From NCBI GenBank assembly GCA_964585475.1, contig CAZPDF010000005.1, positions 3,323 to 67,322 on the forward strand: a stretch of DNA of 64,000 bases, read 5' to 3'. The translations under genes and the position numbers were made by a program. The DNA is from an uncultured Candidatus Saccharibacteria bacterium. GTDB lineage: Bacteria; Patescibacteriota; Minisyncoccia; Sungbacterales; HO2-52-23. Positions 19,692 through 27,884 of the stretch are shown piece by piece. A model generated the notes under the pieces. It was not told the origin of the DNA and searched no databases. It saw nothing but the letters and a program-made list of their open reading frames with translations. Position 1 is the first letter of the stretch. Every line of letters starts with the position of its first letter.

Positions 19692-19891
19692 TTAGATACT
19701 GTTTTAACCCGGAATGCCGGAGACCCATAACCGAGTGTAACGGCTTTGTGATCGCTCGCGATTTTCTTGCATTTTGGGAGGGTAGGCTTCCGGCCGAGAA
19801 AGTACGGGAACTTTGCGGCATGTGCCGCGAAAGGTTATACGGAAAAAATGAGGAGTTCCTCGCGCTTATTGAGGCGACTCAACCTAAATAG
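19676..19891 (+). CDS. Small putative zinc-binding protein
   Basis: CFNPEC...CGMC. Confidence 0.5.
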   Translation: MVNIIVRYCFNPECRRPITECNGFVIARDFLAFWEGRLPAEKVRELCGMCRERLYGKNEEFLALIEATQPK

Positions 19892-19984
19892 GGACTTTTA
19901 GGTAGAGGCGTCCTTGACATAAAAAGCCTGTTTTGATAGATTTAGCCAGGATCATTATGATGAAAACTGATCAGGAGGCATGAA

Positions 19985-20206
19985 ATGTCGTGGGAAGAGG
20001 AGATGGAGCACGGCCGGGCTTTGCAGGAACGGCTTAAGGGCCTAAGGTTTTGCGATCTCAATCCAACATTCGAAGAGTTGCGCTCGATCATAGACGTAAT
20101 GAATGTGGGATACGGGCATGGAGCAAATCGATATGCCAATGGTGTGGTTGAGAAAATTCTTGCCAAATATGACAGCCGCCAGACAATGTCGCAAGCCCGC
20201 GGATGA
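19985..20206 (+). CDS. Small hypothetical protein
   Basis: ttgaca promoter, aggagg SD, terminator at 20221-20247. Confidence 0.55.
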   Translation: MSWEEEMEHGRALQERLKGLRFCDLNPTFEELRSIIDVMNVGYGHGANRYANGVVEKILAKYDSRQTMSQARG

Positions 20207-20220
20207 ATGTGGAGTAGATC

Positions 20221-20247
20221 ACCGCAACAAGCACGTTGCGGTTTTTT
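20221..20247 (+). terminator. Intrinsic terminator
   Basis: accgcaac-N6-gttgcggt followed by a T tract. Confidence 0.75.
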
Positions 20248-20258
20248 AATGGGGGAGG

Positions 20259-20311
20259 TGTGGATAAGCCGATCTTGCTTTATATGCTGTACTTCGTATA
20301 ATGTACGTAAA
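20259..20311 (+). promoter_or_regulatory. xer promoter (TTGCTT-16-TATAAT) overlapped by a dif/loxP-like half-site; perfect DnaA box upstream
   Basis: TGTGGATAA 20259-20267; ACTTCGTATAATGTA 20291-20305. Confidence 0.55.
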
Positions 20312-20325
20312 TCCACCTAACCAAT

Positions 20326-21327
20326 ATGATAAAACCCGTCCTTCAATATCTAACCGATTTTCTTACCTTCTGCGAGGTTGAGAAAGGACTTACTCCGACC
20401 ACGGTCAAAAACTATGCCCGTTTCTTAAATAAATTTTTTATCTGGCTTGAGAAGAATAACTTGAGCAATCTTACTCCTGATAAACTTTCCGAGGATATAA
20501 TTTGGAAATATAGAGTTTGGCTTTCCCGCTTGCCCAACATGGTGCGCCATGCCTCCCGCGGGCTTAGTCCGTCCACCCAGTCGCGCTATCTAATTGCGCT
20601 ACGCGCCCTCCTGGCCTATTTCCACGAAAAAGATATACCATCTCTGCCTACCGAGAAGATCAAGCTGCCGAAAGACCGCGAACGGCAAGTCAAATTCTTG
20701 GATTTAGAACAAGTTGAAAAATTGCTTGTTTCACCCAATACCTCCACCCTTACCGGCATGCGGGACCGGGCGATACTTGAAACCTTGTTTAGTACCGGGG
20801 TTCGCGTATCTGAACTTATCTCCCTTGACCGGAAACATCTGGTTGGCTCCAAGGGCAAAAAAGATTTTGAAATGAGTGTGGTTGGCAAGGGCGGGTATAT
20901 CCGGACGATTTATTTTTCCGAAAGGGCCATCTTTTGGATACAAAAATACCTTGCGGCACGCAAGGATGAGGAGCAGGCTCTATTTATAAGAATTAGGGGC
21001 CCTAAAAATGCCTCCCCCACCAGATTAACGCCTCGGGGTATAGAGCTTATCGTAGAAAAATATGCCAAGTTGGCCGGCCTTTCCATTCTGGCTACGCCGC
21101 ATACACTGCGTCATAGTTTTGCCACGGATCTCTTGAATCAGGGAGTTGATTTGCGAACCGTGCAGGAATTCTTGGGGCACCGCAATATCGCAACTACTCA
21201 AGTGTATACGCATGTGACAAGTAGACGCCTTCGCGAAGTCCATCGCAAATATCACGGCGGGAAAATGCTTCATCCCGTTAGAGAAAAACACCGCAAACCA
21301 TTTTTGGTTTCAAATAATTTGATATAA
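20326..21327 (+). CDS. Xer-type tyrosine recombinase (XerC/XerD/XerA family)
   Basis: RDRAILETLFSTGVRVSEL, GKG, TPHTLRHSFAT, LGH, TTQVYTH. Confidence 0.95.
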   Translation: MIKPVLQYLTDFLTFCEVEKGLTPTTVKNYARFLNKFFIWLEKNNLSNLTPDKLSEDIIWKYRVWLSRLPNMVRHASRGLSPSTQSRYLIALRALLAYFHEKDIPSLPTEKIKLPKDRERQVKFLDLEQVEKLLVSPNTSTLTGMRDRAILETLFSTGVRVSELISLDRKHLVGSKGKKDFEMSVVGKGGYIRTIYFSERAIFWIQKYLAARKDEEQALFIRIRGPKNASPTRLTPRGIELIVEKYAKLAGLSILATPHTLRHSFATDLLNQGVDLRTVQEFLGHRNIATTQVYTHVTSRRLREVHRKYHGGKMLHPVREKHRKPFLVSNNLI

Positions 21328-21376
21328 AACATCCCTTTAATCCTAAATTTGATTTGTCTGTTTTTCTCTAACGGGA
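21273..21376. mobile_element. 104-bp MITE-like element over the xer 3' end, TTCA duplication
   Basis: TIR tcccgttagagaaaaaca/tgtttttctctaacggga; TTCA at 21269-21272 and 21377-21380. Confidence 0.85.
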
Positions 21377-21392
21377 TTCATAGCTGATTCCC

Positions 21393-21791
21393 CTACTGCG
21401 TGCCCAGGGCCTTGGATAATGATTCGATCAAGGAGATAATGAATTGGAAAAATATCTTGAGGATTTTAGCGAGCCATCCAAAGAATTTGGCAAAATCTAT
21501 TCCTACCTCTTCTTGAATTTCTTTATTGATCTCAGCTAATTTTGGAGAAGCACTTTTTAGGGCTTCTTGCGGAATTGGAATATTAAGGTTTTCTTGTCCG
21601 GAAACCGGGATAGTGATATTTTGTTTAAGCGTATCAAACCACCTATCCGGATTGATTATTTCTCCAATGACAGTCGCGCTAAAGCCGTCCCCTTTCACAT
21701 AAAAAGCATTTACACTCAAAGGTAGAAGCAGTATTGCCGCTGCCAACCATTTTATAGATACTAGCAAATGTCTAGTGTAAAAAATATGCAT
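21393..21791 (-). CDS. Hypothetical exported/membrane protein
   Basis: Signal-peptide-like N-terminus and amphipathic C-terminus. Confidence 0.55.
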   Translation of the reverse strand: MHIFYTRHLLVSIKWLAAAILLLPLSVNAFYVKGDGFSATVIGEIINPDRWFDTLKQNITIPVSGQENLNIPIPQEALKSASPKLAEINKEIQEEVGIDFAKFFGWLAKILKIFFQFIISLIESLSKALGTQ

Positions 21792-21841
21792 ATGTACGGC
21801 GTTTATATGATAATTATATTATACCATATTGCCGTCAATAT

Positions 21842-23170
21842 TTAAAGATAATCCAGCGGATTTAAATAACCGTTAATCGGGGAAATAGGAACGGTCATAA
21901 TTGTGCCGCAGGTACGCGAGCGGATTTTTTCAATCCGAACCGCCTGGCTTGCGAATACTGTAAAGTGTAAATGCGGACCCGTTGCGTAGCCGCTTGCGCC
22001 GGAAAGGCCAATTGGCCCTCCCCTACTCACTTCTTGTCCCGAGCGAACGCTGATACCCGCAAGGTGTGCATACAATGTTGATAGATTATTTCCATGCCGG
22101 ATAAGAATCCATTTGCCGTAGGATGCTCTCCTGCAGGCAAGATCAGTATCCCCGACTGTTTCCACCGTTCCGTTGGATGCGGCAAAAACCGGCGTACCTT
22201 GCACAGCGCGAAAGTCAACTCCATTGTGTCCTTTGCCAGAATACCCCCCGACTGCGGCAAATGACGTATAGCCGAAGTATTGAGTGATACAATTTTTAAG
22301 ATCGCCTCCCTTGCTCCAACAGGAAGCAAGGGAGATATCCGGAAGCGGCCACCCCAAAACCCCTGTGCCCGTTGGAGGCAAGGATGCCGGATCAATGGTA
22401 ATGCGCATTTTTTCTTCAATTTCCCGGATTTCTTCTTCCAGCGCATTTCTCTTTTTCTCCCGATCGCGCAGGATCTCTTGGTATTTTTTCTCCTGACTTT
22501 GGGTGGCGCGAAGAAGATCGGATCTATCCTTTTTAGTGTTTTCCTGCAGGGTCCTTCGCGTACGCAATGAGTCCTCTAAATTTTCTAGTTCATCCTTTTT
22601 ATCTTCCGCCTCGGCTTTTTTAATCTGTAACTCATTCCGTAGAGTGCGCAGGGTATCGAGCGATCCAAGGATCTTTTTTTTGAGGAGCGCTGCATAATCA
22701 ATTTGCTGGAAGAAATCGGAAAGGAAACGGTTTTTGAGTAAGATTTCAAGGAGCGATTGCTGCTCGCTTTCCACGAACGATTGCATAAGATTGGCAAGTC
22801 CGAGGCGCAATCTTTGGATGGCAATTTCTTTTTCTCTGATTTCAAGGTCCAGGGTTTCAATTTCAAGTTCTGACTTTTGAATTTTCCGCTCGGTAAGGGA
22901 AATGTCTCTTTTTAGTTGCGCAATGGTGCGATCCACCCGGGCTAGCTCCTCTTTCAGGGTTTTCCCCATTTGTTGTTTCTCCGCAATTTCATCCCGGTAT
23001 TTTTTTGCTTCCTCCTCGAGTTTTTTGATCTCCTCGTTTTTAGCCGTAACCGATGTCCGCAGTTCTTCAAGCGTTGCCGCTTTACTGTATGCGGCCAAAA
23101 ACAACAAAGCGATGAGAAATATCGCTAAGGTAAGACATATTTTAGCAGTTCCATATCTCATCTTTTGCAT
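21842..23170 (-). CDS. M23 peptidase with long coiled coil (EnvC/PcsB-like)
   Basis: HNGVD, LYAHL, GPHLHF. Confidence 0.92.
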   Translation of the reverse strand: MQKMRYGTAKICLTLAIFLIALLFLAAYSKAATLEELRTSVTAKNEEIKKLEEEAKKYRDEIAEKQQMGKTLKEELARVDRTIAQLKRDISLTERKIQKSELEIETLDLEIREKEIAIQRLRLGLANLMQSFVESEQQSLLEILLKNRFLSDFFQQIDYAALLKKKILGSLDTLRTLRNELQIKKAEAEDKKDELENLEDSLRTRRTLQENTKKDRSDLLRATQSQEKKYQEILRDREKKRNALEEEIREIEEKMRITIDPASLPPTGTGVLGWPLPDISLASCWSKGGDLKNCITQYFGYTSFAAVGGYSGKGHNGVDFRAVQGTPVFAASNGTVETVGDTDLACRRASYGKWILIRHGNNLSTLYAHLAGISVRSGQEVSRGGPIGLSGASGYATGPHLHFTVFASQAVRIEKIRSRTCGTIMTVPISPINGYLNPLDYL

Positions 23171-23232
23171 TCATCATATCATTCTCTTGACAGCTTTTGA
23201 AATGTCCCGTTAAATGGGGTTAGTACCCGAAA

Positions 23233-23520
23233 ATGAGCGAGGAAACACTTATGGCAGGCGAACATACCGTAACAGTAACTCTACAAAAACCTCTCAAACA
23301 AGTCATTGAAGAAATTATTGCCGAAGATAAAAAATTCGGACGTTCTTATGATGAACTCTGGGCGGAGCTACGAAAACGTCTACCCTTGGCCGAATGGCCG
23401 ATTGGCCTAGTTCTTTCAGAGATTATCGAAGAACTTATCACTGATCGTAAGATAAAATTGTGGTTTGTCCAAGCCAAAGAAAATATAAACGTTACTATTG
23501 TTCGGTTTCTATTACGCTAA
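23233..23520 (+). CDS. Small hypothetical protein, possibly winged-helix
   Basis: ttgaca promoter upstream, terminator at 23526-23550. Confidence 0.5.
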   Translation: MSEETLMAGEHTVTVTLQKPLKQVIEEIIAEDKKFGRSYDELWAELRKRLPLAEWPIGLVLSEIIEELITDRKIKLWFVQAKENINVTIVRFLLR

Positions 23521-23563
23521 AATTAATACGAGGCCTATCCTCGTATTTTTTATTTATGCAGAT

Positions 23564-23599
23564 TCACTAAAGTTTTGACGATCGTCAAAACTTTAGTGA
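23564..23599. repeat. Perfect loopless 36-bp palindrome
   Basis: tcactaaagttttgacga|tcgtcaaaactttagtga. Confidence 0.95.
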
Positions 23600-23641
23600 C
23601 ATTGATATGCCAAAAACATTAGGACCGGGGTGTTCATGTTA

Positions 23642-25108
23642 TCATGTCTTATAAAAGTTTTTCGCTTTTGCTAGACGTTTCAGCGTTTCCTCGACTCCCA
23701 AAACCTCCATTATCTCAAACGGCCCCGGAGACGTTTTTTTGCCGGTGAGGGCAACGCGGAGAGGCCAGAGGATTTGTCCCCTATCCCCGCCTTCGCCCTT
23801 CAGGCTACGGCGGGCAAGCCCTCCCCCGATTTCTTCAAAGAAAGTTTTTTCAAGATTCACCTTATTGAAGTCCGACTTGGGTATGGCCGCTATGATCTGT
23901 AGAGATTTATCAAGCGAGGCACCAATTTCTTCATCCGTCATATTTTTCCAGCGCAAAAGTTCCTTATCATATTCGGGGGTTTTGAAAAAATAATCGGTCT
24001 TCGCTTCGAGTTCGGATAGTTTTTTCAACCGCGGCTGCTCAAGGGCTAGTATCTTTAAAACATAGCCCTGGGGCTTCTTGGCCGCCGGGAGAAAAGGGTG
24101 CGCCCATTTTAAGAGTTCCTCGGTGGATAAACTTCTAATGTATTCTGAATTCATCCAGTCGAGTTTCTGTACATCGAATATCGCGCCGGATTTCTGTACT
24201 CTACCCAGGGAAAATTTTCTAGTTAGCTCCTCTTTGGTGAAAATTTCACGATCATCTCCCGAGTTCCAGCCAAGAAGAACCATAAAATTTAAGAGCGCCT
24301 CTGGAAGATATCCCGCCTCCCGATATTCAATAAGGGAGGTTGCGCCGTGGCGTTTGGAGAGTTTGGAGCGGTCCGGGCCGAGGATTAAGGGAAGATGCGC
24401 ATACTGCGGCATTCTGAAGCCAAGCGTCTCGATAAGTAGCATCTGCTTAGGAGTGTTTGAAATATGATCTTCGCCGCGGATCACGTGCGAAATTTGCATT
24501 TCTTCATCGTCCACCACTACAGCAAAATTATAAAGAGGAACATCCGTGCGCTTAGCAATAGAAAAATCACCCAAAAGGTCTGATTCAAAACTAACCTCTC
24601 CGCGGACAAGGTCTTGAAATACGATTTTTCGTCCGGCAGGAGTTTTGAAACGGATAATATAATCCTCCTTGGCTTTAGTAAGAATTTCTGCTTCTTTCGG
24701 GTCGAGAGTTCTGTATTCACAAAGATGCAGGGGCGGTTTTTTGGCTTCGAGCAGTTTTGCTTTTTCCTCCTCAAGTTCTTTTTCTGAATGAAAACAAAAA
24801 AACGCCTTTCCTTCTTTACGGAGTTTCTCGCAATATTTTTTATAAGTTTCTATCCGCTCGCTTTGGCGGTACGGCCCGTATGGGCCGCCCTTTTCTGGAC
24901 TTTCGTCGGCCTCTATTCCTAGCCATTTAAGGCCTTCAAAAATATCCTTCTCGTATTTTTTATCCGAGCGCTCAAGATCGGTATCCTCAATACGCAACAC
25001 AAAAACGCCGCCATGTTTTTTGGCAAATAAATAATTAAATAATGCAGTCCTTGCAGTACCAACATGTAATGGGCCAGTTGGGCTTGGGGCAATACGTACT
25101 CTAATCAT
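23642..25108 (-). CDS. gltX: Glutamate--tRNA ligase (true start ATG 25108, MIRVRIAPSPTG)
   Basis: APSPTGPLHVG, RIEDTD, HVIRGEDH, KLSKR. Confidence 0.97.
   Translation of the reverse strand: MIRVRIAPSPTGPLHVGTARTALFNYLFAKKHGGVFVLRIEDTDLERSDKKYEKDIFEGLKWLGIEADESPEKGGPYGPYRQSERIETYKKYCEKLRKEGKAFFCFHSEKELEEEKAKLLEAKKPPLHLCEYRTLDPKEAEILTKAKEDYIIRFKTPAGRKIVFQDLVRGEVSFESDLLGDFSIAKRTDVPLYNFAVVVDDEEMQISHVIRGEDHISNTPKQMLLIETLGFRMPQYAHLPLILGPDRSKLSKRHGATSLIEYREAGYLPEALLNFMVLLGWNSGDDREIFTKEELTRKFSLGRVQKSGAIFDVQKLDWMNSEYIRSLSTEELLKWAHPFLPAAKKPQGYVLKILALEQPRLKKLSELEAKTDYFFKTPEYDKELLRWKNMTDEEIGASLDKSLQIIAAIPKSDFNKVNLEKTFFEEIGGGLARRSLKGEGGDRGQILWPLRVALTGKKTSPGPFEIMEVLGVEETLKRLAKAKNFYKT
23786..23819. repeat. 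REP-like hairpin inserted in frame in gltX (LARRSLKGEGG)
   Basis: cccgccttcgcc-N5-ggctacggcggg-caagc. Confidence 0.7.
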
Positions 25109-25239
25109 GGGGAAAGAGCGGCCCGCCCCGTTAGATATTTGGTAAAACCAAAATCTAACGGGGTAAATGCAGTACCGATGTGCAGTGGGCCGGTTGGACT
25201 TGGAGCAATACGGCAACGAATGGTTGTGATTTCCTTCAT
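25105..25239 (-). pseudogene. Second, disrupted copy of the gltX 5' end
   Basis: MKEITTIRCRIAPSPTGPLHIGTA-[FTPLDFGFTKYLTG]-RAALSP*, stop overlaps the gltX ATG. Confidence 0.85.
25126..25163. mobile_element. 38-bp CCCC-end palindromic element
   Basis: ccccgttagat...atctaacgggg with inner tttggt/accaaa. Confidence 0.8.
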
Positions 25240-25382
25240 GTCTTGAGCCTGATGAACAATAAGATTTCCGCGCATATCAGCGTTAAGCGGCATGGCAGGG
25301 AATAGCAATTAAGATCAAAGTTTGTGCCGCTTAGGTCCGCGTCAGATCCGCGGAGATGACTGTATGGATAGTATTCAGCATG

Positions 25383-26510
25383 TTATATCCTTTGGTGCTG
25401 GCCTAGCTTCAGGAGCTCTTTAGCAAGTATTTCTGCGGAGTCGACGCGGGCAAATCTCTGGGCGGTTTCGCGCATCTCCTGCATTTTTGGGGGGTTGGCA
25501 ATAAGTTTTCTTATTTCGGCCAGCAAGACATGCGGGGTCAAATTTTCCTCCTCAATTACCACCGTAGCGCCGGTGGCCGCATATTCGTACGCGTTCTTTC
25601 TTTGATGATCTTGGGCGGCGTTATGAAGCGGTATAAGTATGGAGGGTTTGCTCCAGGCGGCAATTTCATAAATTGAGGTTGCGCTTGCGCGGGAAACAAC
25701 TATCTCTGATAAGAGATAAAAAGCACGCAGTTCCCGCTCGTCAAGAAATCCAAAAGGATGATAGCGTTCTTTATGTGCAAATTCCAATACGACCCCCGCC
25801 TCCCCCTTGTTGTCTTCAAAGTTTTTCGTGCCGGTCTGGTGCAATACTTCAAATTCTTCGGTTAATTCCTTCAATATCGGTATGATAGCTTCGTTAATTT
25901 TTTCCGCGCCTTGCGAAGCGCCGATAAACCCAATGATCGGCAGACCGGATGATATATCAAGTTCGTTCCTGGCCTGTTCGCGGTTACCTCCAAGGATCCG
26001 TTTGCGGATTGGTATCCCCACCAGGGCGGTTTTGGATGCAGGAAAATATGAAAATGCTCCGGGGAATGCGACGCCGATGCGTTTGGCAAAATGGCCCGAA
26101 TAAAGACTAACTTTCCCAGGCACTGCATCCGAATCGTGGATTATGAGCGGGATCCGGAGAAGGCGCGCGGCAATGAGCGCCGGAAGCGCGCCGTAACCCC
26201 CTTTTGAAAAAACCGCATCGGGCATGATTAGGAACATGTTCCAAATCGCCCGGCAAGCAGCTAATGCGGTTTTGAATATATCCAGAAAATTCTGGAGCGA
26301 AAAGTAGCGGCGCATTTTACCGGAGTCCAGGGGTATAATGATTATTTGTTCCTCCTCGAGATCTGCTTTGGCAAAATCCGTCGGCCCCATGAAATATATT
26401 TCAAGATCCAAAATCCGCTCCTCCTCCGCGACTCGCTTGAGCTCGCGAATTATGGCCAGGATCGGAAAGATATGCCCTCCGGTGCCGCCGCCGGTGAATA
26501 GTATGCGCAT
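25383..26510 (-). CDS. murG: Undecaprenyl-PP-MurNAc-pentapeptide GlcNAc transferase
   Basis: TGGGTGGHIFP, SKGGY, GIPIR, HQRKNA. Confidence 0.96.
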   Translation of the reverse strand: MRILFTGGGTGGHIFPILAIIRELKRVAEEERILDLEIYFMGPTDFAKADLEEEQIIIIPLDSGKMRRYFSLQNFLDIFKTALAACRAIWNMFLIMPDAVFSKGGYGALPALIAARLLRIPLIIHDSDAVPGKVSLYSGHFAKRIGVAFPGAFSYFPASKTALVGIPIRKRILGGNREQARNELDISSGLPIIGFIGASQGAEKINEAIIPILKELTEEFEVLHQTGTKNFEDNKGEAGVVLEFAHKERYHPFGFLDERELRAFYLLSEIVVSRASATSIYEIAAWSKPSILIPLHNAAQDHQRKNAYEYAATGATVVIEEENLTPHVLLAEIRKLIANPPKMQEMRETAQRFARVDSAEILAKELLKLGQHQRI

Positions 26511-26518
26511 TTTTCTTC

Positions 26519-26617
26519 TCAGCGCACAATTTCAGCGTAGTAATCAGCGTCTTATCAGCGGTTTCCAAGGTTAGTCCGCTGATTTAACGCTGATCCGGCA
26601 CGCTGATCGAGCGCTGA
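26519..26617. repeat. Inverted array of TCAGCG x4 / CGCTGA x4 filling the ftsW-murG gap
   Basis: Four direct units followed by four inverted units. Confidence 0.85.
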
Positions 26618-26621
26618 ATAA

Positions 26622-27710
26622 TCAGGTGTGTTTTGATATATTCAATAATACTCCAATGCTGGCCAGAGTCATAACCAGCGAAGTCCCGCCGTAGCTGATA
26701 AAGGGCAGAGGAATGCCGGTTAAAGGAAGGAGTCCGGAAATAGCGGCCATATTTATGAATGCCTGAACCGTGATTTCCACCGAAAGACCGGCTGCCAAAA
26801 GTTTGCCGAAGGTATCGGGGGCGCGTTTGGCAATAAGAATTCCGCGCCAAAGAAGTAAGGCAAAAAGACAAATTAAAGCGACCGATCCGATAAATCCGAG
26901 CTCCTCCGTAAAAATAGCAAAAATAGAATCGCCGAGGGGCTCGGGCAAGTAACTATATTTTTGTATCCCTCGGCCAAACCCCATACCCCAAAATCCGCCG
27001 GAACCGATGGCGATGGAGGCCTGCGTAATATGATATCCGATGCCTTGGGGGTCAAGCGAGGGGTTTAAAAATACCAAAACCCTAGCGATACGGTACGGAG
27101 CCATCTGGATAAGAAAATATAGGGCGCTTAAGCCAAATACTCCCAAGGTAATAATTTGCGATATCCTTCCGCCCCCGAGAAAATAAAGTATTCCGGCGCT
27201 CGCGACAACTACGCCCAGCGTTCCAATGTCTGGCTGCATGATTAAAAACATTCCCACGATCGAGAGCATGGTAGCAAAAGGGAGTAGGCCGTAGGAGATG
27301 CTGGTTAAATCCTGCCGCCTGGCCGTAAGCCAGCTGGCGAGATACGCAATAAAAGAAAATTTCAGAATTTCCGACGGCTGAAAGGTAAAACCGCCTAGTT
27401 TAATCCAGCGCCGCGCTCCCCCGTAAGAGAAACTTAAATCCGGAATGAAAAGAAGGGCCAGGAGCAGGAAGGAAATAAGCATAAGCGGCACGGCCAATTT
27501 TCTCCATACTCTGTAAGGGATGCGGGAAAAAAGAAGAAGCACCGGAATTCCAATGAGGCCGCCGTAAAGAAGTTGTCGAAGAACGTAGTAGCCGATCGAA
27601 CCAAAGTTTTTTTGTGCAAGAGCGACCGAAGCAGAGGCAAGGATTAAAAACCCGGCGCCGAGTAGCGCCAAAGTAATATAAAAAAGAGGTTTATCCGCGG
27701 TATGCGGCAT
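26622..27710 (-). CDS. ftsW: Peptidoglycan polymerase FtsW
   Basis: GGARRWI, FQPSE, QPDIGT, TGIPLPFISYGG. Confidence 0.95.
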   Translation of the reverse strand: MPHTADKPLFYITLALLGAGFLILASASVALAQKNFGSIGYYVLRQLLYGGLIGIPVLLLFSRIPYRVWRKLAVPLMLISFLLLALLFIPDLSFSYGGARRWIKLGGFTFQPSEILKFSFIAYLASWLTARRQDLTSISYGLLPFATMLSIVGMFLIMQPDIGTLGVVVASAGILYFLGGGRISQIITLGVFGLSALYFLIQMAPYRIARVLVFLNPSLDPQGIGYHITQASIAIGSGGFWGMGFGRGIQKYSYLPEPLGDSIFAIFTEELGFIGSVALICLFALLLWRGILIAKRAPDTFGKLLAAGLSVEITVQAFINMAAISGLLPLTGIPLPFISYGGTSLVMTLASIGVLLNISKHT

Positions 27711-27721
27711 GTTTTTCCTTT

Positions 27722-27884
27722 GAGGTCATCTCTAAACTCCCCTTTCTACTACAACCGCCTAATTTCGGCTGCGGCTTCGTCCGTCCTCCTTGGCGTATAT
27801 TGCCCATATACGCCTTCGTCGTCCGTCCTCGCCTCGCTCGAAATTAGACAGTTTCGTTACGAAAAAGAGTTTGGAGATGACCTC
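27722..27884. mobile_element. 163-bp MITE-like element supplying the murD stop codon
   Basis: TIR gaggtcatctctaaactc/gagtttggagatgacctc (1 mismatch); internal hairpin ggcgtata/tatacgcc. Confidence 0.75.

Noticed and set aside
20326-21327. Integron or prophage integrase
   Set aside because: Housekeeping Xer-like sequence, with no attC-like repeats, phage genes or flanking att pair visible.
23642-25216. 524-aa GltX start from the ORF track
   Set aside because: The extension is an out-of-frame read of the disrupted 5' copy and element; homology begins at ATG 25108.
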